64,000 nucleotides of DNA from Phoronis australis. Its lineage: Eukaryota > Animalia > Phoronida. Position numbers and translations under genes: made by a program. The stretch is taken from the NCBI GenBank assembly GCA_002633005.1, contig NMRA01000327.1:321192-385191 (forward strand), in the 5' to 3' direction. The notes under the pieces were generated by a model. That model did no database searches, was not told the DNA's origin, and was given only the letters and a program-made list of their open reading frames with translations. Numbering within the stretch: position 1 is the stretch's first letter; each line of letters begins with the position of its first letter. Positions 42,244 through 55,104 of this stretch are shown one piece after another.

Positions 42244-42448
42244 TAATCAAGTGAAGTTTTTCATCATTGTCAGTTTTACTTTCACTAGTTCACCTAATCG
42301 AGTCACTGAACTTCAAATGCAATGCAACATAGCTAGAGGGTATGGTACCTGTTGGTTGGACATCTGAATGAAGCTCAGTTGATCCTAATAGGTTGGTAAC
42401 ATTAAGTACCATTCTCATGGAGTGTAAAAATCAAGAAATTTCCACTGT

Positions 42449-42906
42449 AGGGTCTTTCATACTAACGTCGACGCGTCGATGGTTTGGGGAGTTGCGGTCA
42501 GTGTGAACGCTTAACTCCAGTCCTGGATCGCAGTTTACATCTCCAGTTAACATCGCAGTTAACAGGTGATTTAACTGCACTGCAGTATGAACGGTCAACT
42601 TCGGTCCCATCAATGTTATCGCCAGGTGCCACTGTTATCGTCAACAATTACTGGGTAGTGCCGTCGGTAATAGTTGCTTGTCATCAACAATTGATTAAGT
42701 TTTATGGCAATTAGCCCGTGTAAATGTTCCCAAATTGTCACTTTGAAAAAAATTTTAGAGTACAGAGCTACCTTGCGATAACTTCGATGACGACAGCATC
42801 ACCTACCGTTTACTTTGAAGCCAGCCGAGTATGAACGGTCCAGTTAACTTCGCTGTTTATGTGGACACTCCGCTCAGGCTGGAGTTAACTCAATATGAAA
42901 GGGCCT
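42449..42906. mobile_element. PIF/Harbinger-like MITE, copy 2
   Basis: agggtctttcata...tatgaaagggcct|ta; collinear with 20013-20502. Confidence 0.75.
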
Positions 42907-44315
42907 TATCACAATCTAATCTAGAATCACGCTCGATTAAACTTGTCAAGCATTCCTTTTATGTGGGTATACACTACTGTGGTTTAGCTGGTTAGAGCTT
43001 GCTGTCACACAAAAGAATCAACAGGACAACATTAAGTCTAAGTTCTCTGACCGTCAACTGTTTTTCTCCATTCGAAGTTTTTTGGTAAAAGTATTTCATA
43101 CGAAACACATCTGCTTCACAACATTTGTTGAAAGTCGTTTGCAAATAGTATTTTTGAATATCGGTTAGCATCAGGTGCCCTGTTTACAACGTAATTTCTG
43201 GATTATGTGAGCATCAGATGGAAGCAGACAATGAGAGAGTTGGACTATGTAAATATTGGTTTGCCACCATCAAACTGATAATGACACGGCTGTAACCCGA
43301 CTGGCCAATCAGTCACAGTCTGGATACTCATTTCACTGCGTGGGTGCGCAACCAATGTAAGAATGGCACAAACACTTGGAATCATCGATATAAATAAAAA
43401 ATAATTGCAAATGGTCTGGTGCACGTTGTACCAGACGTGGGCAGGCTGCTCAGGTAGGCCCATTGCACTCATACCTGGAACCATTTTTATGGTTTATTAG
43501 TAGTAGTTAAATCATGGATATACCACTGTGTGCAAATGTGAGTTATATAAGGATGGACTCAAACACTTGGGACCCTGGGTATACCACTGTGTGTAAAAAG
43601 AATGGGTTCAGACACTTGGAATTATGGCTATAACACTGTGTGTAAATGTAAATCTAAGAATAGGCTCAATTTTATCCTATTTATACCTCTGTGTGTAAAT
43701 GTTTTTCCCCAGGGCAACAGTTTCAATGAAATATAATGAGAAATGCATAGAATACAACCTGATACTGTTGTAGATTTGGAGGCAGGTTGCTTACCTGTAT
43801 TTGTTGTGTGCCTGTGGGATTTGGCAATGGTAACTACAATGGGTGTGGCTTCATTGCATTTGTTTCAACTATCCATGGCTGAACAATCATTCACTGTCCT
43901 GGATATACTAGATCAGGGGTGTCCACACTTTTTTCACCTTGGAGGGTCAAGTAGAGGAATTTATAGCACTGGCTACACCAACTTATCAACGGTCTACATT
44001 GCTCTTTCAGTTTTAACATTGTAGTCATTTTGTATAAAACTTGAATTAGATGTGTGAACTAAAATGAACTTGTACAAAGAATAATGGACACTTATCTCAC
44101 GTTTTTTATAGAAGATCGGAGATAAGACCCCAAATTTCAATCATTTCTATTGTTTAATATTTTCTGTGTGAGTTTTGTTCATTTTTTACATATAGAAGTT
44201 TGGTTAAAGAATTCCTAGAACAGTTGCAAACTCAACCAGTAAGTTTTTATTCTCTGTTTCGATATCCGTGTTGCAGTTTTCTCGTTTCTTCAATGTTTAA
44301 ATCACATAATCATTT

Positions 44316-45764
44316 TTATGCGCCCACATATTTATATGTGGACGCATTATGCCGTCATCTCTGTCCGTCCGTCCGTCCGTCCGGGCGGCGTCCGTCCGGC
44401 GTCCGCTGCTCTATCTCCAAAACCCTTTGACATACGTTCATGAAATTTGGCACATATGTTCCATTCATGAATGGGACGGCATGTGCGAACTTTCGGACGG
44501 ATCCGACTACCAATGTGCCCCCTAGTGGCAATTTTAGTTTTTTACGCTTACCTTTGTATCTTCAAAAGTCCTGAACGGATTTTCATGAAATTTGGTATGT
44601 AGGCACCTAGTAGTGAGATGACGCTATCCTGCCGTTTTCGGATGGATTCGACATAGTTTGCGCCACCTAGTGGCCATTATTAGTNNNNNNNNNNNNNNNN
44701 NNNNNNNNNNNNNNNNNNNNNNNNNNNNNNNNNNNNNNNNNNNNNNNNNNNNNNNNNNNNNNNNNNNNNNNNNNNNNNNNNNNNNNNNNNNNNNNNNNNN
44801 NNNNNNNNNNNNNNNNNNNNNNNNNNNNNNNNNNNNNNNNNNNNNNNNNNNNNNNNNNNNNNNNNNNNNNNNNNNNNNNNNNNNNNNNNNNNNNNNNNNN
44901 NNNNNNNNNNNNNNNNNNNNNNNNNNNNNNNNNNNNNNNNNNNNNNNNNNNNNNNNNNNNNNNNNNNNNNNNNNNNNNNNNNNNNNNNNNNNNNNNNNNN
45001 NNNNNNNNNNNNNNNNNNNNNNNNNNNNNNNNNNNNNNNNNNNNNNNNNNNNNNNNNNNNNNNNNNNNNNNNNNNNNNNNNNNNNNNNNNNNNNNNNNNN
45101 NNNNNNNNNNNNNNNNNNNNNNNNNNNNNNNNNNNNNNNNNNNNNNNNNNNNNNNNNNNNNNNNNNNNNNNNNNNNNNNNNNNNNNNNNNNNNNNNNNNN
45201 NNNNNNNNNNNNNNNNNNNNNNNNNNNNNNNNNNNNNNNNNNNNNNNNNNNNNNNNNNNNNNNNNNNNNNNNNNNNNNNNNNNNNNNNNNNNNNNNNNNN
45301 NNNNNNNNNNNNNNNNNNNNNNNNNNNNNNNNNNNNNNNNNNNNNNNNNNNNNNNNNNNNNNNNNNNNNNNNNNNNNNNNNNNNNNNNNNNNNNNNNNNN
45401 NNNNNNNNNNNNNNNNNNNNNNNNNNNNNNNNNNNNNNNNNAAGGAAAAGTTCCAAGTAGAAATTTGTTTCTGGCATTCTAATACTGTGCTAATCTCGTA
45501 TGTTGGTAAATTTGTTTTTAATTCTATGTTTCTGTGGTGCTTTAAGCAACTGGTGTATAGGATGTGCTTGTATTATGAAGATTACTCACATTTTGCCCCT
45601 AGCCTATTGAGGAGACAATGACCATGCCTTTCCATTTTGCTAAGTACAACATACTACATATATGCCCTCTACTGGCCACTTTATGGTACCAATAAACAAC
45701 CCTAGAAGGATACCGTATGCGGTGCAATTGTGGGCGCATTTCAACGCTCTGCATTGCTCTTGTT
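44316..45764 (+). mobile_element. Helentron/DINE-1-like family B sequence either side of an assembly gap
   Basis: 5' tatgcgcccacatatttatatgtggacgcat plus (gtcc)n microsatellite; 3' end gtgggcgcatttcaacgctctgcattgctcttgtt. Continuity across the gap is unknown. Confidence 0.65.
44685..45441. other. Assembly gap (N run)
   Basis: 757 consecutive N. Confidence 0.99.
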
Positions 45765-45972
45765 TCAGTAATTGGTGAAAGGAAATATTGGAATATGGCC
45801 ACACATGAATTCTTCACCCAGAATAATAATGAGATGATGCTGTGCTGCAAAAATAATAAAAGTTTTTTGTGTTTAAAGAAAATGCATCTTTGGAATTTGT
45901 TATACTATTTTTGAAATGTTATGTTCCATTGGGACTTCCATACTATATTTCCATTGTTTTGTGTCTTTGCAG

Positions 45973-46098
45973 TGGGACTTCCAGACAAAAAATGTATCGA
46001 CATGGGGTGCTGCAGACTATGTTTTGAGCTGTGGATTTTTAGTGGTGTGGATCCAGAGGTTTGCGATGTAAAGGTCTCAAGGCCTATGTATGATGAGC
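45973..46098 (+). CDS. Rel: Rel/NF-kB exon 5 (end of the RHD N-terminal subdomain)
   Basis: ttgcag|TG ... C|gtaagt. IDMGCCRLCFELW...VSRPMYDE(R) aligns with YDLNAVRLCFQV...LSHPIFDNR. Confidence 0.92.
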
Positions 46099-47098
46099 GT
46101 AAGTGGAGCTTATAACATCATGCGTACTATTTCTGAAATAGCATCCACCACTAGGAAACACTCTAAAGACGTTTCCAAAAACTGCTCAGTATTCCCTTTG
46201 AAAATGTTAATAAATTAAGACCACATACCACTTAAAGGGTTTTGTGGTATTGACACTTTGAGTGAGATTACTAGAAAAATAGACACTGTGATGAGATGGG
46301 AGTGATTGTTAAAGCAAGATTGAGTTAGCACTGCTTGAAGGGTATTGTTGTAATATCTCTCTGAGTGAAATTACTGGGAAAATAGGTACCAGGGTGAGGT
46401 GAGACCGGCTGTTAAAGCAAGATTGGGTCAATGCTTAAAACATTTTATGTGTTGGCCATGGTCTCGAGCAAGAAAACATCATTTGGCTGTCTGGAAATCA
46501 GTTTGAGGTACAGAAAAGTTGAGTCGAGTCTTGCATCATTTTGCAGAAGTCGGGTTTATGGGATGCTTTAAATAATAGCCTCCATATTTTGCAGCTTCAC
46601 AAATTTACATGATGCTCTCCCTCATTCAAATTTCACTGCATTCTTTGAGAGATTTAAAATTGCTGTGATAAGCGGTGCCAGTGCTATCAGGTCACAATGT
46701 CACATTGTGTTGCTCGAGCAGGTTACACAATATAAGTTGGGACATATCAACAAAGAAACAGCAGTTTCAGTGCATATTATTACTATTGTAGCTAACCAAT
46801 TTTTGACGTTCGGACAATAGAAAAGTTCAATTTTCAATTGCAGATTTAGTTTTTATATGCTCACATATACCGGGACTTGTAATTTTTCTCTTTTAAGAGG
46901 ATTTTCCTCTTTGTTGATTTCAATTTCCTCCTATTTAATTTCCAGTTTCTTCTTTTCTCATCTCTTTTTCATTATTGGACTTGTTCATGCCAAACATTTC
47001 TTATAGATAAATTTTGCAAAACAAAATATATTTCTATCACTTAAGTCTATTTGTAGAACCATCCGTCACCTGAAAAGTTATCTGCATTTTCCGCTTTT

Positions 47099-50000
47099 TT
47101 ATGTGCCCACATATTTATATGTGGACGCATTATGCCGTCATCTCTGTCCGTCCGTCCGTCGTCCGCTGCTCTATCGCCAAAACCCTTTGACTTATGTTCA
47201 TGAAATTTGGCACACATGTTCCATTCATGAATGGGACGGCATGAGCGAACTTTCGTTCGAATCCGACTACCGGTGTGCCCCCTAGTGGCAATTTTAGTTT
47301 TTTACGCCTTGTATCTTCAAAAGTCCTGAATGGATTTTCATGAAATTTAGTATGTAGGCACCTCTTAGTGAGATGACGCTTTCCTCCCGTTTTCGGATGG
47401 ATTCGATGTAGTTTGCGCCACCTAGTGGCCATTTTTACTGTTTTCAAGTCTGTTTTTTGCGTCCACCCCTCTATCAACCAAACCGCTCAAAGGATGATTG
47501 TGAAAATTGGCATGTATGTGCTTACTATGAAGAGGACGTTTGACGTTGATTTTCCGACGGTTTCGACTACTGTGGCGCCTCCTTTGGCAGTTTTGTTTTT
47601 TTGCGCCTATGGCTGTATCTCCTAAACCATTCGCAGGATCTTTACGAAAGTTAGTAAGTACATTTATATGATGTTCACAACGGAAGACGACGACTTTTGA
47701 ACAGATTCGAATACCGGTGTGCCCCCTAGTGGCAATTTTATTTTTTTACATTTACCTTTGTATCTTCAAAAGTCCTTAACGGATTTTCATATGTAGGCAC
47801 CTATTAGTGAGGTGATGCTATCCTCCCGTTTTCGGATGGATTCGCCGTAGTTTGCGCCACCTAGTGGCCATTTTTACAGTTTTCGAGTCTGTTTTTTGCG
47901 TCCACCCCTCTATCAACCAAACCGCTCAAAGGATGATTGTGAAAATTGGCATGTATGTGCTTACTGTAAAGAGGACGGTTGACGAGGATTTTCCGATGAT
48001 TTCAACTACTGTGGCGCCTCCTAGTAGCAGTTTTGTTTTTGTTGCGCCTATGGCTGTATCTCCTAAACCGTTAGCAGGATCTTTACTTAATTTAGCAAGT
48101 GTAATTATATGATGTTGACTATAGATGGCAACGACTTTCGGACAGATCTGACTACTGTTGTGCCCCCTAGTGGTAATTTTATTTTTTTATGTTTAACTCG
48201 GTATCTTCAAAGGTTCTCAACAGATTTTCATAAAATTTTAAATATAGGCATCTATTGGTATGAGGACGCTATCTTCTTGTGTTTGGATGGAATCGAGGTA
48301 TTTTGCACCACTTAGTGGCCATTTTTGCTGTTTTCAAATCTTGTTTTTGGTGGCTACCCCTGTACCAGCCAAATCATTTGAAAACTGGCATATATGTTCT
48401 CAGTGTGAAGACGACCTTTGATGATGGTGACTGACTACTGCGGCGCCTCCTAGTGGTAGTTTTGTTTTGCGCTCATAGTTGTATCTCTTAAACCCACTGC
48501 AGGATCTTTACTAAATTTAGTAAGTGTATTTATATGAAAATAACAACACACGACAACGACTTTCAGGGGGATCCAATGGACACTGTGCCCACTAGTGGCA
48601 ATTTCATTTTATTCTGTTTTCATTTGTTTCTCTGAAGTTCCTTGACAGATTTTTATGAAATATGGCATGTTCCTGTTTTTGGATGGATAGTATGTTTTTG
48701 CGCCATCTAGTGGCCATTTTTATGATACAAATAAATAACCCTAAAAGCACACCATTTTCAATGCATCCGTGGGCGCATTTCAACGCTCTGCGTTGCTCTT
48801 GTTGTTTTTGATTATTACATGCCCTGCATATGTGTGTGGATATTGCCGTCATCTCTGTTTGGGCTTTTGGCATCCTCTTATGTATCTGCTAAAACCTTTG
48901 AGGCATCTTAATGAGATTTGGTTTATCTGTTCCTTCCAAACTGATAAATTTCAGACCAGTCCAACTACCACTGACTGTGCCCATTTGTGTCAGTTTTAGT
49001 TTTTTACGTTAATTTTGCTTCTGTATCTTTGGAGTACATTGGCGGATTTTTGCTTAAAATCACCAATTCTATATACCCACATTTTTATATGTGGTCGCAT
49101 ATTGCCGTCATCTCTGTACCGGCGTCCGGCATCCTGTATCTGCAGCGGTATCTCCTAAACCCCTAACAGGATCTTGATGAGATTTGGCAGATGTGTTCCT
49201 ATCAAGCTGGCAACTGATGACGATAAATTTCGGACCTCTTTGACTACGGGTGTGTCCCCTAGTGGCAATTTTATTTTTTTACGGTCACCTGTGTATCTTT
49301 GGAGGTCCTCAACGTATTTTCACATAATTTGGAATATAAGCATCTATTAGTGAGATGACACTATTCTCTCGTTTTCGGACAGATTGGACATAGTTTGCGC
49401 TTCCTAGTGGTCATTTGTACTGTTTTCGAGTCTTTTTTGATGTCCACCCCTCTAAGGATGATTGTGAAAATTGGCAGTTTTGTTCTTTCTATGAAAAGTA
49501 TGACTGATGATGATTTTCTGACGACTTGGAGTACTGTGGCGCCTCCTACTGGCAGTTTTGTTTTTTTTGCGCCCATGGCTGTATCTCCTAAACCGTTTGC
49601 AGGATCTTTATTAAATTTAGCAATTGTATTTATATGATGTTGACAACGGACGACCACAACTTTTTCAGGGATGGGACTGCTGGTGCACCCCCTAGTGGGA
49701 ATTTTAGTTTTTTACGTTTACCTCTGTATCTTTAAAGGTCCTCAACACATTTTCATAAAATTTGGGATATGGGTGTCTATTAGTGAGATGTCGCTATCCT
49801 TCTGTTTTCGGATGAATTTGAGGTATTTTGCACCACCTAGTGGCCATTTTTACTGTTTTCGAGTCTGATTTTTGGCGTCCATCCCTCTGTCAACCAAACC
49901 GCTTTAAGGATGATTGTGAAAGTTGGCATGTATGTTATTACTTTGAAGAGGATGGCTGATGATGATTTTCCGATGCCTTCGACTACTGTGGCACCTCCAA

Positions 50001-51045
50001 GTGGCAGTTTTGTTTTTTTTTTTGCGTCCATGGCTGTATCTCCTAAACCGTTTGCAGGATCTTTGCTAAATTTAGCAAGTGCATTTATATGATGTTGACA
50101 ACGGACGATGACGATGACTCTCACACAGATTTTTTCACCAGTGTGCCCCCGTAGTAGCAATTATAGTTTTTTACATTTATCCCTGTATATTCAATGGTCC
50201 TCAACAGAGTTTCATAAAATTTGGAATATAGGCATCTATTGGCAAAGTGGCGCTATCCTACCATTTTCAGATAGATTCGAGGTATTTTGTGCCACCTAAT
50301 GTCCATTTTTACTGTTTTTGAGTCTGTTTTTTGGCATTCACCCGTCTATCAAACAAAGCATTCTAAGGATGACTTTGAAAATTAGCATATATATTCTCAG
50401 TGTGAACTAGAGGACAGTTGAGGATGATGATGTCGACTACTGTGGCGCCTCCTAGTTGTGGTTTTGTTTTGTTTTGAGCCCATAGCTGTATCTCCTAAAC
50501 CCACTGCCGAATCTTTATTGAATTTAAAAAGTGTATTTATTTTATAGGAAGCTAACAATAGATGACGACTTTCAGGTGGACGCTATGCCCCCTAGTGACA
50601 GTTTCATTTTTTCTGTTTTATTCTATATCTCTGAAGTTCTTTGTCAGATTTTTATGAAATTAAGTAAATAGCTTTCCATTGAAGAAGCAATGACATGTTC
50701 CATTTGAAGATAGATTGGACGTTTTGCAACATCTAGTGGCCATTTTTATGATACAAATAAACAACTCTAGAAGCACACCGTTTGCAGTGCATTCGTGGGC
50801 GCATTTCAACGCTCTGCTATGTTTGCTTCTGTATTTTAAAGTTCAACTGGATGTCTCAAAATTTCCATGCTTTTTTCCTTGATAGATTTTCATTAAGTTT
50901 GGTGAATGATTTTGTGTTTGAGAGGCAACAACACCCTTGCATTTTCAGACAGATTTAACGTATTATGCGCCATCTGACATTTTTGCGAGACTAGTGAAAT
51001 TCTCTAAAAACATGCCGCATTTCAATGCTCTGCATTGCTCTTGTT
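47099..51045 (+). mobile_element. Cluster of Helentron/DINE-1-like family B elements (47099-48803 complete; 49070-50823; fragments) with internal tandem repeats of about 440 bp
   Basis: subTIR pair atg(c/t)gcccac / gtgggcgcat, (gtcc)n, 3' hairpin caacgc-tct-gcgttg (48781-48795), terminal cttgtt; subunits of about 145 bp each with a GCC.CCTAGTGG motif. Confidence 0.85.
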
Positions 51046-51386
51046 ATAGTCTGTCTAAAATGGTTGGGGAAAGAATGTTGCCATGAACAGATAGCAGTTA
51101 TCACTAACACCCATCTCTGTTCCTTTATTCCCATTAATGCAGGTGGTCATAAGAGTCCAGAGGCTGTTAGTATGTGCCTATAATGCCAATAAGTGCGAAG
51201 CATTCATAGTTGCTGGGTGGTAAATGTAAGGCAGCGCCTAGTGAAATGCCCTCGGCATTTACCCAAACATCTACAAAAAATTATAGGTTGATATAAATAT
51301 ATTTGTCTATATTGAGATGTTCCTAAGATATTATTAATGGTAGTTGAACTATATCTGCTCACTGTGTTTCTTCTGTTCCCACTCAG

Positions 51387-51485
51387 GTAACAATCCCAAA
51401 CTACAAATTCAAGAGTTCAGCCATTATTCGGGATCTGTCGAAGGGGGTCTTCGCGTTATGATGTTCACCAGTGAAGTGAGAAAAG
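51387..51485 (+). CDS. Rel: Rel/NF-kB exon 6 (start of the IPT/dimerisation domain)
   Basis: actcag|GT ... G|gtaaac. KLQIQEFSHYSGSVEGGLRVMMFTSEVRK aligns with [29 protein letters not shown]. Confidence 0.9.
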
Positions 51486-51844
51486 GTAAACTTAGTGGTG
51501 TCGCATTGAAACCATTATATTATATTTTTAAACATGCAAATTCATTTATCTTAAGAAATATATATGAACAGTGCCAGTCAGTTCATACGGCCAACACAAT
51601 ATCCAGGTCATTGTTTTTAGAAAGCAAATCTTGAATGTGAATTGATTACTTACATGTTATGGTAGTGATGAAGTCAAGTTTTTCTTGAGGACTATTTTTT
51701 ACAAGATAAACTTCCATGATTGTACAATTTTGTTAAGTGCTTATGTGAAGAGCATGCAGTAGTGCTTAAATGAAATCATTTTTGCATGAACTAGTTAGAA
51801 CAATTGATATAACTATAGTTAGATTGTTGTTGCTTCTGTTTTAG

Positions 51845-51930
51845 ACGACTTGCAGATAATAATTGCTCAGCTAGCTGATGGTGTGGAAGTATGGCATGCA
51901 GTTGTGGCAGAGTTTAATGTCCATAAACAG
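51845..51930 (+). CDS. Rel: Rel/NF-kB exon 7
   Basis: ttttag|AC ... CAG|gtacag. DDLQIIIAQLADGVEVWHAVVAEFNVHKQ aligns with EDIEVYF...WEA....DVHRQ. Confidence 0.9.
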
Positions 51931-53471
51931 GTACAGTGGTTACATTCACTAATAAATTCTACTTACCTTCAAACTTGTTATGTCTCTACAAAATGTATCA
52001 AGTTGGCTTGAACTACACAGACAGATGGCACACTCGTAAACGTGGTTCTTTTCTTATAAGCAAAAGTCAGGGACTCGATATACCCAGTTCACTGATTCCA
52101 TTGCCGAATGCCAAATATGGCTCACCCTCCACGAAAGACAGTGCCTTTTGACTTAAAACTCAACTCATTGCCCACCCCCAACACTCTGCTCTGACGTGAC
52201 TGGCATCCAGCGTCACACCAGGGTCACATCTGAGCTCTAAACCCCTTGCAGGATGTTTGTAAAATTTGGTAGATGAATTGCTATGAATAACTATAGATGA
52301 GGACAACTTTTGGATGGGTCTGATTACTGCTATGCCCCCAGTGGCAATTTTATTTTTTTTGCGTTTGCCTCTGTATTTACTGAGTTCCTTGATGGATTTC
52401 ACATATAGGACAGATTCAAAATACATTATATATTAACACAGTCATGACGTTTCCTGGTGACAACAGCTAGTTTTTGGTAACAGCAAAAATGATTGATAAA
52501 TGACTACCTTGGTGGAAAAATTCTAACTACACAATGACTTGGCCACCTTCCGAACTTTTCTGTTAATTCCCCTTCGTTGAGAAAAGGCTGCCGTGAATTT
52601 GGTCTTTCTTCAGCCATCATGACTGGGAATTATGGGTAATTTTGTCTTAATACTTTTGGCATGTACTGTAGGCTGCTTTGTCACCTAGTGGCAATTATAT
52701 TTTTTGTGTTAACTTTGTTTTTGTATGTGTCAAGTCCTTCAGCTGATCCTGAAAAAAAGCTTGGCAAATTTTATGGATCAGTGAAAGGATATCACCTGAC
52801 GAATATCGGATAACTCCATCGTGTTGATTCCTGTTTAGTGGCAGTTATAGGGATTTTGCATACGGTATGCCTCTCCATCTGCCAAAAAGTTTGAAGGATC
52901 ATCATGAAACAAGACCATGACAGATACTGATTTTCAGACCTATCAGACTACCACATGCCTCCTATTGCAAGTTTTAAAGTTCTTTTGCACCTGCCTCGAC
53001 ATCAGCTTCCATGAAGGATCATAGTGTGGGTTCAAGCCTGGTCTTGGTTGTATCAAAGTTAGATTCTCTGTGTGAATAAATGACATCACGCTTGTGCACA
53101 TCAAGTATTCTTTGCAGAACTAAGTTTTTGACACTGCAACATCGGACTTACATCGCCATTGGCGCTGGTATGAATTCGTATCAGTGGGATGACCAGTCTG
53201 ATTTTTCATAATATCATTCATGGAATATCTCTTTTTATCATTGCTTATAAATTATTATGATTAATGATTGTCCTTGCATGATACTTTATATCAACTGTTC
53301 ATAACTATTGATATCATGTTGTAGCATTCATATCAATTCATAGAAGCGAGTGATATGAATGCATGATGATCACCCACAATTACCTTTGTATTCATTGAAT
53401 GACTTGTGTTGTTTTCTTTAATCTAGCGTGTTTGTCTCTACTAAAGTATTGCAATCGTCTTTTTTATGCAG

Positions 53472-53688
53472 TGCGGCATTTCGTTTTGTATGCCTCCCTA
53501 CACTGGACCCAATCAGAACTCTCAATCAGAAATTCCTGTCATCATTCAACTAAAAAGACCCACAGATGGAGCCACCAGTGACCCAGTCGACTTTGTTTAT
53601 GTATCATCTGACATTTTTGTGGTGGAAAACAAGCGGAAACGGAAACGTGTTGATAACACCTTAATGCTTGAGAGGGCACCGTCTCAGG
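53472..53688 (+). CDS. Rel: Rel/NF-kB exon 8 (end of IPT domain and nuclear localisation signal)
   Basis: atgcag|TGC ... G|gtttgt. CGISFCMPPY...IQLKRPTDGATSDPVDFVY...ENKRKRKR matches AIVFRTPPY...QLRRPSD..SEP.EF.Y...KRKR. Confidence 0.93.
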
Positions 53689-53987
53689 GTTTGTCATCTT
53701 TACTTTCACTTTAACTGCTTTTGGTTAAAAATTGTTCTTACCATTTTGTAAATTGTTCTTACCATTTATAAAATGTTTTGCCTGACAAAACTCATCAAAG
53801 CTCTTGCCGCAGCGTCTGTGAACCAAGTAGATAAGCGTAATTTAGTGAATTTTTAACTGTTGATTTTCCAGTTACAACTTTTGACCCAATGTTATTTCTT
53901 ATAAAGAAATGGCAAAAGTTATAACCAAGGTGGTGAAACCTCTTGGACTATCTAAGTATAGTGACATCACACTTTCCATCCTCGTTT

Positions 53988-54342
53988 CAGGGCTTTGAAA
54001 AAACTGACAGTTTGTAATTGCTTGAGGCGAGGCTCTTCGCGTTGGCAGGTCACCGCGTGTCATTTTATGCCCTGAGCATGATCTCCGGCTCTACGCGTTG
54101 GCAGGTCATGGCGTGTCATTTCATGCCCTGAGCAGAATCTCAGGCTCTACGTGTTGGCAGGTCATGGCGTGTCATTTTATGCCCTGAGCAGAATCTCAGG
54201 CTCTACGCGTTGGCAGGTCACGACATGTCATTTTATGCACTGAGCATGATCTCAGGCTCTACGTGTTGGCAGGTCATAGCATGTCATTTCAAGCACTGAG
54301 CATCTCAAGGGACAACAAACTGTCAGTTCTTTGCAAACCCAG
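53988..54342. mobile_element. Small TIR element enclosing five tandem 56-bp units
   Basis: Imperfect TIR cagggctttgaaaaaactgacagtttgt / acaaactgtcagttctttgcaaacccag; gttggcaggtca recurs at 54041, 54097, 54153, 54209 and 54265. Confidence 0.75.
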
Positions 54343-55104
54343 TAATTTGAGTTAAGACAAATTTGAAACATGTAGGCAATAAGTTGTCGAAATGAGAAGT
54401 TCACTTCTTGGATGGAACATAGTTTTATTGCCTCTTTAAAAACAGTACTGGTGTCAATCCGTCTTGAAAATTTGAAGCTAGATGGAGACTTGGTCACTCT
54501 GCTGTTGTACTAACTGAGAAAGTCAACATTTTTGTGTTCCCTGTTAAAATTACAAAATCAAAACTACATGCATTCGTCCAAGTCAGTTATTATGTTAGCT
54601 CAGTGAAAGTTAATAGAGAGAGACTGGGCAGGTAATGTCACTTCTCAGTTGTTTCATGAATTAATGTAGTACTTAAAATCAGTGTAACATGAATATATAA
54701 TTGTTGTTATCTAGTGATTGTCACATGACCAGTAAGGTACATTGTGAATTCAGCGATGTTATTGTAAAGTGGCTCAGACTGATGGATCCTGTTCAGCTGT
54801 GTAGTGAGTTGAAGCTGAATAAACTGTTACCACTTAAACGCAAACTGTAGGCTGAGTGTGTTTATTCTATATAAACAAGTGGAACTGTAATTAAAAGTGA
54901 AATGTAAGAAAACTGAGCATTTATATTTTCAGATAAGATGACGTTAAAAACATTGGCTTGTCCCTTTAATGTCTAGGACCTGAATTGACCATTATGATCT
55001 TGTCATTTGGTTGAAATAAAGGTACTGCCTTGAACGGTCACTAAATGTAGTGAAAGTACTGCCTTGAACGGTCACTAAATGTAGCATATGCTCTTTTGTA
55101 ACAG

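Noticed and set aside
44658-45482. ORFs of 265-274 aa
   Set aside because: They are N-gap artefacts. A missing Rel exon in the gap is unlikely because exons 4 and 5 join in phase and align without a deletion.
47130-50299. Recurring ORFs (MRHLVAIF..., MATRWRK..., MIVKIG...)
   Set aside because: Chance frames through the tandem units of the family B repeat; no domain similarity recognised
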